Below, in pieces: positions 49,950-58,382 of a DNA stretch of 64,000 nt (position 1 is its first letter; every line of letters starts with the position of its first letter). Source of the stretch: Sphingobacteriia bacterium (lineage in GTDB: Bacteria > Bacteroidota > Bacteroidia > J057 > RFSG01); contig RFSG01000001.1 of the NCBI GenBank assembly GCA_009924095.1, positions 14,823 to 78,822 of the forward strand, in the 5' to 3' direction. Position numbers and translations under genes: made by a program. Under the pieces are notes generated by a model. The model saw nothing but the letters and a program-made list of their open reading frames with translations. It ran no database searches and had not been told where the DNA came from.

Positions 49950-50006
49950 CGCAGATGCTGATAATTAATCCTGATGATTTTTTTAATTCGACTGTGGGTT
50001 TCTCTA

Positions 50007-50014
50007 TACTTTTG
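50007..50014 (+). promoter_or_regulatory. Bacteroidota -7 promoter box (TACTTTTG)
   Basis: Exact TAnnTTTG 4 nt upstream of the ATG at 50019. Confidence 0.35.
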
Positions 50015-50018
50015 TTTT

Positions 50019-50945
50019 ATGAATGATGCGTTTAGTGAGCAATATCCCCCCAAACCGAAATTTTCATCTCCTGCCCCAAATCCAATAAACACTTTAATTA
50101 GTGCTTTGTTGTTTTTAGGAATGTTTTTGTTACTCGGCATGGAGTTAAGAATGATCTTAATTGTTGTGCTGGTTTTGCTTTTTCATGAAATGGGCCATTT
50201 TGTTGCAATGCGACATTTTGGGTATAAAAATGTGAGTCTTTTTTTTGTTCCCTTTTTAGGGGCATTTGTTTCCGGAGAAAAAGAAAAGGTTTCCTCAAAA
50301 CAACAAGTAATCACAGTCCTTGCGGGTCCGCTTCCCGGGATAATAGTAGGCGCAATTTTATTAATACTAGAAAAATGGGCAGGGTTTTATCCTGTAAAAG
50401 GTTTGCCAGAAGTTTTTCTTTTCCTAAACATTTTGAATTTAATCCCAATCATTCCGCTGGATGGAGGCAAATTATTTGAAACTCTTTTTACAGAAGGACG
50501 AGCCAGTTTTGAAAAGGCTTTTTTATACATATCGCTTATCCTATTAGTTTCTATTGCTTGGTGGCAACAAAGTTTAGCGGCTCTTTTTATTGGCGTTTTT
50601 ATCGTATTGAGACTAAGAAACGCCTATAGAATGGATCGTTTAAGAAATCAACTTACACGAGTAGGCATTTCATATTCAAAATCTTGGGATGATTTGGGTG
50701 ATGAAGAATTTTGGAAGATGGAATTTCAGGTTAGAAAAATGCTAGGGGGGGCTTCGGTTCCGCTTGAGTCGTCTGCAATTTGGGTTAAAAATTTACTCCT
50801 TCCCCCTATTGAATCTAAGTTGTCAGTTCTGTCAAAAATCATGATTGTATTAATTTGGTTGTGTTCTTTAATACTTCCATTGTTATTATATTTCTATTTT
50901 CATCCTACTGAACTTCCATCAAGTTCCTCAACTTTAAGCGTTTAA
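50019..50945 (+). CDS. Site-2 protease (M50)-family intramembrane metalloprotease-like protein
   Basis: HEMGH (HExxH) in a TM helix and NLIPIIPLDGG second motif. Start at MNDAFSEQ. Confidence 0.7.
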   Translation: MNDAFSEQYPPKPKFSSPAPNPINTLISALLFLGMFLLLGMELRMILIVVLVLLFHEMGHFVAMRHFGYKNVSLFFVPFLGAFVSGEKEKVSSKQQVITVLAGPLPGIIVGAILLILEKWAGFYPVKGLPEVFLFLNILNLIPIIPLDGGKLFETLFTEGRASFEKAFLYISLILLVSIAWWQQSLAALFIGVFIVLRLRNAYRMDRLRNQLTRVGISYSKSWDDLGDEEFWKMEFQVRKMLGGASVPLESSAIWVKNLLLPPIESKLSVLSKIMIVLIWLCSLILPLLLYFYFHPTELPSSSSTLSV

Positions 50946-50987
50946 ACTTTTTTATTGGTTGTACTTGCACACAACGCCTTGTCGGCG

Positions 50988-50995
50988 TATATTTG
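50988..50995 (+). promoter_or_regulatory. Bacteroidota -7 promoter box (TATATTTG)
   Basis: Exact TAnnTTTG 27 nt upstream of tRNA-Asn. Confidence 0.4.
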
Positions 50996-51022
50996 CCATC
51001 CAATTCTGTAACAGGATTATAC

Positions 51023-51096
51023 TCCTCCTTAGCTCAGTTGGTTAGAGCGGCTGACTGTTAATCAGTAGGTCCCTGGTTCAAGTCCAGGAGGGGGAG
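51023..51096 (+). tRNA. tRNA-Asn (anticodon GTT)
   Basis: Hand-folded sequence TCCTCCT-TA-GCTC-AGTTGGTTA-GAGC-G-GCTGA-CTGTTAA-TCAGT-AGGTC-CCTGG-TTCAAGT-CCAGG-AGGGGGA-G. Confidence 0.9.
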
Positions 51097-51098
51097 CT

Positions 51099-51128
51099 AA
51101 AAAGCCATCCGATTGGATGGCTTTTTTT
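51099..51128. terminator. Bidirectional rho-independent terminator
   Basis: A5-GCCATCC-gatt-GGATGGC-T7, located between tRNA-Asn and the convergent VOC gene. Confidence 0.7.
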
Positions 51129-51148
51129 ATGATTGTTGATACTGATAA

Positions 51149-51538
51149 TCACTGTTCATTTTCAATGGGCTCCCATAATTCTATTTTATTTCCTTCAAGA
51201 TCTAAAATGTGCAGAAATTTACCATATGAATAGGTTTCAATTTTATCCAAAATTGTAACGCCTTCCTCAACTAATAAATGGAATAATTCTTCAAGATTTT
51301 CAACCCGATAATTAATCATAAAGTCTTGGGTTGACGGTTGAAAATAAGTAGTGTCTTTTGAGAACGGACACCATTGGGTGCACCCTTTTTCTTCTGGATT
51401 GCCCGGATTTCTCCAGTCAAATGTAGCTCCGTATGCATTGGTTTCAATCCCTAAATGTTTTGAATACCAACTCTTCAATTGATCAGGGTTTTGGCATTTA
51501 AATAAAATGCCCCCAATTCCAGTTACTTTTTTTAACAT
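51149..51538 (-). CDS. VOC/glyoxalase-bleomycin-resistance family protein
   Basis: 129 aa. GIGGILFKCQNPDQLKSWYSKHLGI...LDLEGNKIELWEP is the typical paired beta-alpha-beta-beta-beta module. Confidence 0.75.
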   Translation of the reverse strand: MLKKVTGIGGILFKCQNPDQLKSWYSKHLGIETNAYGATFDWRNPGNPEEKGCTQWCPFSKDTTYFQPSTQDFMINYRVENLEELFHLLVEEGVTILDKIETYSYGKFLHILDLEGNKIELWEPIENEQ

Positions 51539-51605
51539 AATAATAAATTAATAATAACACCTTTATTTGACAATAATTTTGCCTCTTCAATCTTCTGAGT
51601 TGAAG

Positions 51606-51613
51606 TATCTTTG
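51606..51613 (+). promoter_or_regulatory. Bacteroidota -7 promoter box (TATCTTTG)
   Basis: Exact TAnnTTTG 26 nt upstream of the ATG at 51640. A second match, TAATTTTG, lies at 51575-51582. Confidence 0.35.
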
Positions 51614-51639
51614 CAAAGTGCTAAATTAATAACTTACTT

Positions 51640-52368
51640 ATGCGGGGTGTTGGTTTTGTTGTTTTTCTTCTTGTTTTTTTTCCTTTAGTATCGAAACCTA
51701 TACCTAAGGTATTGTTTTATAAAACAAACCCTAAAACCACCCATAAATGGAAAGCAACACCTTATTTAATTCAAAGTGAACACAAGGACACTACACCTCT
51801 AAATTTCATCAAAGCGATTGTCGTTCAAGAACTTTCGAAATACCCGGAAAAACTGATTCAAAAAAATGTAAAAACTTTTTGGGTTTGCAGTCAAATTAAG
51901 GACGGTGAAAATAATATTTCCGGTACACATCATAAATCTTCCATTTATTTGGCTTTAGAAGATAATAAGGATAAGTGCTCTATGGAAAAAATTGCTCAAA
52001 CCATCCATGGGGAATTGGCAACAATTTTAATGAATAAGTATTCATCTTTTTTCTTGATGGAAGAATGGAACGCTTTATTGTTATCCGGTCTTCAGCAATC
52101 AATTGTTATTAACGATTCAATGTGTAGGCAAAATATTACCTTAGATTCTCTTTGGTTCGAAAAGGGCTTCTTGAATGAATATTCTGCTTGCTCTATTGAA
52201 AATGATTTTCACACAATTGCGATAAGAGTATTTAAACCAGAAGAAGATTTTGAAAAAATACTGAATCGTTGGCCAATATTGAAGAAAAAGTTTTTATTAG
52301 CCCTGAATTTTTATAGAAAAACCAACGCACGTTTTTCTATCCCAAATTTTCAAACTCAAAATCGGTAA
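51640..52368 (+). CDS. Hypothetical secreted protein
   Basis: 242 aa with an N-terminal signal-like segment. No domain I can name. Confidence 0.45.
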   Translation: MRGVGFVVFLLVFFPLVSKPIPKVLFYKTNPKTTHKWKATPYLIQSEHKDTTPLNFIKAIVVQELSKYPEKLIQKNVKTFWVCSQIKDGENNISGTHHKSSIYLALEDNKDKCSMEKIAQTIHGELATILMNKYSSFFLMEEWNALLLSGLQQSIVINDSMCRQNITLDSLWFEKGFLNEYSACSIENDFHTIAIRVFKPEEDFEKILNRWPILKKKFLLALNFYRKTNARFSIPNFQTQNR

Positions 52369-52402
52369 AATAGTTCTGATTCTGCTTAAATTTAATGGAC
52401 AA

Positions 52403-53431
52403 ATGAAAACATTTAAATTGCTTTTAATTTTATCGTATTGGGGATTAATTTCATCCCTTTCTGCACAAACCCCTGATTTATACATTCGAACCGGGTTTAG
52501 AAAGTTTGAACAAGGCGACACAGCTGGTAGTTTTTTATATTTAAATAAAGCTATTTTACTTGACCCTCAATCTCCCAAAGGCTGGCTTGAAAGAGGTCGT
52601 TTGTATTCCTACGCGAATAATCTTCAGTCGGCTTTTAGAGATTTAGATACTGCTATTCTTAAGGATCCTAAATATAGTCCCACTTATTTGTTAAGAGCTC
52701 ATTTATATGAAAAAATGGGGCAACAGGAACTAGCTGTTCGAGATATTAGTAGATATATTCTTGCAAACCCAAGGGACATTGATGGATATACTTATAAAAT
52801 GAATTTATGGGTCGCTTTAAATTCTGACCGATCGGTGCTTTTAACAGCAGATGATTTAGTTAATAATAATACAGATTTAGGTGTTGCCTGGAAAATTAGA
52901 GCACAATTAAGGGAAAAGTATAAAGATCCAATCGGTGCCATTAGTGATTATGATAAAGCATTAACCCTGCTTAAAAATGATAGTATTTGTTTGCATCGAT
53001 TATCCATTCTTTGTTTTGAGTCAGGAGATATGAAAAACACTGTGCTTGCCTCCACTAGTTTTTTGAATTTATATCCTAATCATGCTGATTTATGGTTCAA
53101 TTTATCAGAAGCGCAAGCTTCCTTGCAAGATACCCTTGGTTCTTTAAATACGCTCAGAAAAGCAGTACGTATTTTTCCTGGAGATGCTTTGTTGTGGTTT
53201 ACAAAAGGGTATTATGAACTCATTAAAGGAGACTGGAATGTGGCGGTTCAAGATTTTTCAACTACGATATTGTTGAATTTTGAAGAAAAAAACCTTGCCC
53301 ATTTTAACCGCGGATTAGCCCTATTATATTTGAAAAAACACCAAGAAGCCTGTGCCGATTTTACTATTGCTTCCACAGGAACCCCAGCTGTTACAGAGGC
53401 ATCAGAATATTTACTTAAATATTGTAAATAA
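52403..53431 (+). CDS. Tetratricopeptide-repeat protein (secreted)
   Basis: Signal peptide plus repeated about 34-aa A/Y/L-pattern units (e.g. AILLDPQSPKGWLERGRLY, AILKDPKYSPTYLLRAHLY). Confidence 0.8.
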   Translation: MKTFKLLLILSYWGLISSLSAQTPDLYIRTGFRKFEQGDTAGSFLYLNKAILLDPQSPKGWLERGRLYSYANNLQSAFRDLDTAILKDPKYSPTYLLRAHLYEKMGQQELAVRDISRYILANPRDIDGYTYKMNLWVALNSDRSVLLTADDLVNNNTDLGVAWKIRAQLREKYKDPIGAISDYDKALTLLKNDSICLHRLSILCFESGDMKNTVLASTSFLNLYPNHADLWFNLSEAQASLQDTLGSLNTLRKAVRIFPGDALLWFTKGYYELIKGDWNVAVQDFSTTILLNFEEKNLAHFNRGLALLYLKKHQEACADFTIASTGTPAVTEASEYLLKYCK

Positions 53432-53434
53432 ACT

Positions 53435-53890
53435 TATTGCTTTCCTGTTGTATTTTTTAACTCTGATTCTAAAATAGACATATCGTCTATTGATTTTACT
53501 TTTCCGGTTTTATCTATTAAAAACAAGGCTGGAATAAAGAGGGAATTGAGTTGTTAAAAAAGAATCTGGTTTTGATAATAATATTTGATTCCAATCCATA
53601 TTATATTTTTCAACTGCTTTTTTCCAGGCTTCTGGGTTTTGGTCATGAGATATACTAATAAATTTTACCCCTTGGTCTGCATATTTTTCATATAAATTAT
53701 GCAGTTGTGGAAGGGTTCTAATGCAAGGTCCACACCAGGATGCCCAAAAATCTATTACCCAGATTTCTTTTTTACTTTGTAAAACTTCCGCTTTGAATTT
53801 CTCCAGTGGCAAGGTTTGATTAATTTGAGATGATACTAAAACTGGATAAAAAACAATCATCCAACAAATTAATACTGCAAACCTTTTCAT
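53435..53890 (-). pseudogene. TlpA-like thiol-disulfide oxidoreductase (thioredoxin fold) with a frameshift near 53551-53562
   Basis: The track ORF (53510..53890) has WASWCGPC but ends ...SFLTTQFPLYSSLVFNR*. The next frame reads QLNSLFIPALFLIDKTGKVKSIDDMSILESELKNTTGKQ* (cis-Pro IP plus FLIDK.GK, the conserved C-terminal half), stopping at 53435. Confidence 0.75.
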
Positions 53891-53996
53891 AATTGATTTT
53901 TAAAATAACTATTTTCGCTTCGAATTTTAAACGAACCAGCCTTAAGGAATAGTCTTTTTCGTTAAATAAACATTAAACACAATTCTTTTCTAAATT

Positions 53997-54686
53997 ATGA
54001 ACAAATTCACGATCTGGACCATCATCAGCTTTTTATTAGGATTATCATCAGCAATACTTACAGTATCTGCGCAATGTGATAATTGCCCTAAAACTGAAAC
54101 CAAGGCTGATTATTGCTATAACGATCCAAGATTTTCTGGATCTTGTTTGGCCTTTTTTGCAGATAAATCTGTTGCTTATTATTTCTCTTCTTCAAAAACA
54201 AAAACCCCTGTTGAAGTAAAAGTTGTAAACGGAAACAATCTGGATTCTATGGTAAATATAACAACGACATTGCCTAAATTAACCGGGAAAGACCTCGTTT
54301 TTCTACAACTAGGATTTGTAAAATGGAATAAAGAAAAAATGTCTTTAGGTTTTACGTTTACTCCTTCAGGGCTGGGTTATAAAATTGTACAAATGGGAAC
54401 AGGAAAAATCCCTGAAGCCAAGAAAAAAGTCAAAGTTCATTATAAAGGTTATTTAGAGGACGGAACTAAATTTGATAGTTCGTTTGACAGAAATCAACCA
54501 TTCGAATTCACGCTTGGAGTAGGTCAAGTAATAAAAGGTTGGGATGAGGGTATTCAATTATTCCCTGTTGGATCAAAAGGAACGCTTAAGATTCCAGCAG
54601 AATTAGGATATGGCAACCGAGCAAATGGTAGCATACCAGCGAATGCTACTTTATATTTTGATATTGAAGTTGTTTCTGCCGACTAA
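53997..54686 (+). CDS. FKBP-type peptidyl-prolyl cis-trans isomerase (secreted)
   Basis: VHYKGYLEDGTKFDSSFDRNQPFEFTLGVGQVIKGWDEG...PAELGYG. Confidence 0.9.
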   Translation: MNKFTIWTIISFLLGLSSAILTVSAQCDNCPKTETKADYCYNDPRFSGSCLAFFADKSVAYYFSSSKTKTPVEVKVVNGNNLDSMVNITTTLPKLTGKDLVFLQLGFVKWNKEKMSLGFTFTPSGLGYKIVQMGTGKIPEAKKKVKVHYKGYLEDGTKFDSSFDRNQPFEFTLGVGQVIKGWDEGIQLFPVGSKGTLKIPAELGYGNRANGSIPANATLYFDIEVVSAD

Positions 54687-54733
54687 TTGGTGAATTAAGC
54701 GGATTTAAAATTCCCCTTAAACATCAAATGTTA

Positions 54734-56287
54734 CTATTTGGAAACTTGTAAGTAGTTCTTTACTTGTTCCAAGTCAACTGCTTGTGTTGGTTGAGTTGGG
54801 CAGTATATATCAGCCTTAAATTCGATGTAAACTATTTGTCCGGAAAAACGAATTGTTTCAGGCTTAAACTTCATTCCATTTAATATACTAGGCATTAGTT
54901 GGGCAACCGATTCGGTGTTGGCTTTAAAAATAGTATGTCCTGTTACATTGCCTGCTTTATCCAGCGTAACATCTGCCACACTTTGTGCTAAACCACAAAC
55001 CCCGCCCTCTTTTAATTTGTTTTTTACATAAAGAGAGGTTCCAGATTGTTCTACAAACTGGGGGGTTGATATTTGAGCTACGGATGCATTTAAATGAGTT
55101 TGTTTATGAGAGGGGTCTGGATTTTTATCACCGGTAGAAACATACCCCGGAATATTAGCAAACTTGTTTTCATTAGGTGTTGATTTTTTTTCGGAGATGT
55201 TTGTTTCTTCTTTAGGGCTACTATTTTCAGCTACTTCTTCGGTTTTTGTTTTTTTCTTGGCTTCCAATTCCATTTCAGCTTTAAGTTGTTCTCTAAGCTC
55301 TGCTTCAATTCTAGCCCTCATTTCAGATTCGTTTACAGACTTTTTATTTCTTAGTTCTGCTTCTTTTTTAGCTTTTAATTCAGCTTGTCTTTTTGCCTTA
55401 ATTTCTGCCTGTTTACTAGCTTCTGCTTCTGCCTCAGCTTTTAATCTTTCTTCCTCAGCTTTTAAAGCTTTTGCTTCAGCCGCCTCTCTTGCTAGTCGTT
55501 CTTCTTCAGATTCTAAAGCAAATTTGTTTAAAGCGGCGGCGTCTTCCTCTTCAGTTTGGGGAGGAACATTTCCAGTGCCCGTTGTGCTTTCTGAACTCGT
55601 GGTAGAACTGGGTGTTGTGTTTTCTGCCGTTGTTTTGTTTTGTGCCATCATCTCTTTAGCATTTCTTTCTGCTTCTTCCTGAGCTTTCTTTTCTGCCTCT
55701 TCACGTGCTTTACGTTGAGACTCTTCCTGGGCCATTCTCTCTCTTTCCTTTTGAGCATATTCATTATTACCAGAATTGGCACTTCCTGAAGAAGCATTAT
55801 TATTTGGACTTGATGAGCTCGCGATAACTTGTTGTTTGTTGTTAATTGGATTATTAGTTACAGGTATTGGCTTATATTGATTTTCGCCCTCTGTTCCAGA
55901 ACATGCTTTTCCTGGCTTTACTTGAAAATAAATCGACCTTACTGCCTTCAATTCATTTGTTTTCCATTTGATATTTCTAACAATATCAATGATAGATTGC
56001 TTGTAACAATCCATTTTGCCAGTTAAAGCTTTTGCATCTAATACATATCCGGATGGATCGATTTTTACTTCTAAGTAAATATCATCATTGTCACAGCAAG
56101 TGGTTTGGGTTTCCAACATCTTGTATATGTACCCATTAACCGTAGTTTTTCCATCTGAAAACACATAGGTCTGGGGATCTGCGACCACATTGGCAATATT
56201 AAAATCCTCTTGTGCCTGTAATCCGAGTACACTAGCACACAAAAAAGAGAACATGAGAAGGTGTTTCATAATATTATTTGCTGTCAT
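54734..56287 (-). CDS. Secreted protein with two TonB-C-like domains separated by an E/K/A-rich charged linker
   Basis: Signal MKHLLMFSFLCASVLGLQAQ. The N-terminal domain (EVKIDPSGYV...IVRNIKWK...IYFQVK) and C-terminal domain (DVTLDKAGNV...ILNGMKFK...VYIEFK) are mutually similar. About 260 aa of low complexity lies between them (EAEKKAQEEAERNAKE...). Confidence 0.6.
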   Translation of the reverse strand: MTANNIMKHLLMFSFLCASVLGLQAQEDFNIANVVADPQTYVFSDGKTTVNGYIYKMLETQTTCCDNDDIYLEVKIDPSGYVLDAKALTGKMDCYKQSIIDIVRNIKWKTNELKAVRSIYFQVKPGKACSGTEGENQYKPIPVTNNPINNKQQVIASSSSPNNNASSGSANSGNNEYAQKERERMAQEESQRKAREEAEKKAQEEAERNAKEMMAQNKTTAENTTPSSTTSSESTTGTGNVPPQTEEEDAAALNKFALESEEERLAREAAEAKALKAEEERLKAEAEAEASKQAEIKAKRQAELKAKKEAELRNKKSVNESEMRARIEAELREQLKAEMELEAKKKTKTEEVAENSSPKEETNISEKKSTPNENKFANIPGYVSTGDKNPDPSHKQTHLNASVAQISTPQFVEQSGTSLYVKNKLKEGGVCGLAQSVADVTLDKAGNVTGHTIFKANTESVAQLMPSILNGMKFKPETIRFSGQIVYIEFKADIYCPTQPTQAVDLEQVKNYLQVSK

Positions 56288-56335
56288 ACAGCCTCATTAT
56301 CACTATTGGAAAATTAAACGATAAAGATAAAAAAA

Positions 56336-57346
56336 TTATCTAGCCAATGGGATGATCTCTGGTGTGAAGTCAACGTATTTTTCAGAGATAATACTAAGGG
56401 TATCCAAGATTTCCGAAAGGTTTTCACTATTTACAAGCCTTGTTCTATATTCCTTAAAATCTGGCAGATTTTTAAAATAGGGTGTATAATGCCGTCTCAT
56501 CTCGAAAATTCCAAGTTTTTCTCCTTTCCAATCAACAGAATGTAATAAATGTTGTCGGGCAACTCTTACTCTTTCTGAAACATTGGGCGGGGGTAGTTTA
56601 TTACCGGTATTAAAATAATATTTAATCTGGTTAAAGATCCAAGGGTTTCCGATTGCGGCTCTTCCGATCATTATTCCGTCAACACCAGACTGTTCTTTAT
56701 ACAATTTCGCTTTTTCAGGAGAGTCTATATCTCCATTTCCAAATATGGGGATTTCTATTTCTGGTAACTCTTTAACTTTTTTTATCCAGGTCCAATCTGC
56801 CGTTCCTTTATACATCTGTACCCGCGTTCTTGCATGAATAGTAAGCGCCTTGATACCGATGGATTGTAAGCGTAAGGCAACTTCTAAAATATTTATGCTT
56901 TGTTCATCCCACCCTAATCGGGTCTTTACAGTAACCGGCAAATCGGTGGCTTCTACTACAGCACGGGTCATTTCTACCATTTTGGGAATATCCCTTAATA
57001 TTCCTGCCCCCGCACCTTTACAAGCCACATTTTTAACAGGGCACCCATAATTAATATCCAATAATTCAGGTTTTGCTTTTGCTACATATTGTGCAGCTTC
57101 TCGCATAGATTGAATCTGATTCCCAAAAATTTGTATCCCAATCGGCCTTTCGGCAGGATAAATATCTAATTTCTGTAAACTCTTCTGTGCATCTCTAATT
57201 AACCCTTCTGAAGAAATAAATTCGGTATATAATAAATCTGCACCCAACTCTTTACATAACAAGCGAAAGGGAGGATCGCTCACATCTTCCATGGGGGCAA
57301 GCATTAAAGGAAATGTTGCTATTTCTGAATTACCAATCTTTATCAT
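56336..57346 (-). CDS. dusB: tRNA-dihydrouridine synthase
   Basis: 336 aa. LAPMEDVSDPPFR, NYGCPVKNV, MIGRAAIGNPWIF. Confidence 0.9.
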   Translation of the reverse strand: MIKIGNSEIATFPLMLAPMEDVSDPPFRLLCKELGADLLYTEFISSEGLIRDAQKSLQKLDIYPAERPIGIQIFGNQIQSMREAAQYVAKAKPELLDINYGCPVKNVACKGAGAGILRDIPKMVEMTRAVVEATDLPVTVKTRLGWDEQSINILEVALRLQSIGIKALTIHARTRVQMYKGTADWTWIKKVKELPEIEIPIFGNGDIDSPEKAKLYKEQSGVDGIMIGRAAIGNPWIFNQIKYYFNTGNKLPPPNVSERVRVARQHLLHSVDWKGEKLGIFEMRRHYTPYFKNLPDFKEYRTRLVNSENLSEILDTLSIISEKYVDFTPEIIPLAR

Positions 57347-57404
57347 CTCGCTTACTTTTCCTAACCTTCCCCTATAAACATGAAACCTAATTAATGTCTT
57401 ACTA

Positions 57405-57412
57405 CAAAAATA
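57405..57412 (-). promoter_or_regulatory. Bacteroidota -7 promoter box (TATTTTTG)
   Basis: Exact TAnnTTTG on the minus strand, 58 nt upstream of the dusB ATG. Confidence 0.3.
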
Positions 57413-57437
57413 CTAGGAATCAAGATGACCTTGAACA

Positions 57438-58382
57438 TTGAACAATAATTTTACTAAATACATACCTTTGTTATTGATGCAAACAGATGCGACGGAAACA
57501 GTGCCAACCTATCCTTTTATTTCAAGATTTGGGTTGTTGTTTTTTTGCCTGATAGGTGGTATTGCTATTGGACAGTTATTGGTAGAAGTTTTACTTCACC
57601 TATGCAATCAACCGGGCACGATAGAACAAATAAAACGGGTTCAATTGGGGGATAAGGACTCTGTGTTTTGGGTGATATTATTGCAAGTATTTAATCAAAT
57701 TGCCGGTTTTGCTGCTGCAGCTTGCCTAGTTTATTATTATACTGACGATAATTTTTTCAGCTTTAAAAGGGTAAAACTTAAATATTGGTTATTCCTTCCG
57801 GTGTTAATTTTACTTTCTTTCTTCGTTTGCGAATGGATAAGCTTTACCCCGGAAACTTTTTCATTTCCTGCTTTTTTAAAATCTTGGGAGTATTATTTTG
57901 AATCTGTTGAAGCAGAAAATGAAGCTTTATTATTACGATTATTACCTGCTGATGCTGGTTATGCACTCGCTTTTCGGTTTTTGGTTTTTGCCATTATTCC
58001 AGCTATTTGCGAAGAGTTGTTTTTTAGAGGAGCACTTTTAGGCATTTTAAGCAAATTTTTTTCCCGCCATTGGGCTGTTTGGATTAGTGCTTTCATATTT
58101 AGTTTATTTCATTTTCAAGCCTTTGGTTTTTTTGCGCGCTGGTTAATGGGGGGTGTTTTAGCTTATTTTCGAATTTATTCCGGTAGTCTATTCTTATCTA
58201 TTTTTGCGCATCTGCTTTTTAATGCTGGAGGGTTATTGTTTTTTTATTTAATTCCTTCTTTCCCGAATTCAATTTTAGAAATGATGCCTTTTGGGATGTC
58301 TGGTGGAATAATGGTAATGTTTATCCTGAGCACTTTTTTGTATTTAAAATCTTTAAAAATAAACCATCCTAATGAATCGTGA
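57438..58382 (+). CDS. CPBP-family intramembrane glutamic endopeptidase (CAAX protease-like)
   Basis: EELFFRG, FSLFHF and HLLFN motifs in TM helices. The start is TTG 57438 or ATG 57477. Confidence 0.8.
   Translation: MNNNFTKYIPLLLMQTDATETVPTYPFISRFGLLFFCLIGGIAIGQLLVEVLLHLCNQPGTIEQIKRVQLGDKDSVFWVILLQVFNQIAGFAAAACLVYYYTDDNFFSFKRVKLKYWLFLPVLILLSFFVCEWISFTPETFSFPAFLKSWEYYFESVEAENEALLLRLLPADAGYALAFRFLVFAIIPAICEELFFRGALLGILSKFFSRHWAVWISAFIFSLFHFQAFGFFARWLMGGVLAYFRIYSGSLFLSIFAHLLFNAGGLLFFYLIPSFPNSILEMMPFGMSGGIMVMFILSTFLYLKSLKINHPNES

Noticed and set aside
55164-55682. A 172-aa plus-strand ORF, plus similar antisense ORFs at 3791..4078, 9247..9570, 13126..13809, 22525..23212 and elsewhere.
   Set aside because: They lie entirely antisense to well-supported genes and have low-complexity or biased composition (S/A/F-rich). 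They are explained by the codon bias and repeats of the sense-strand gene.
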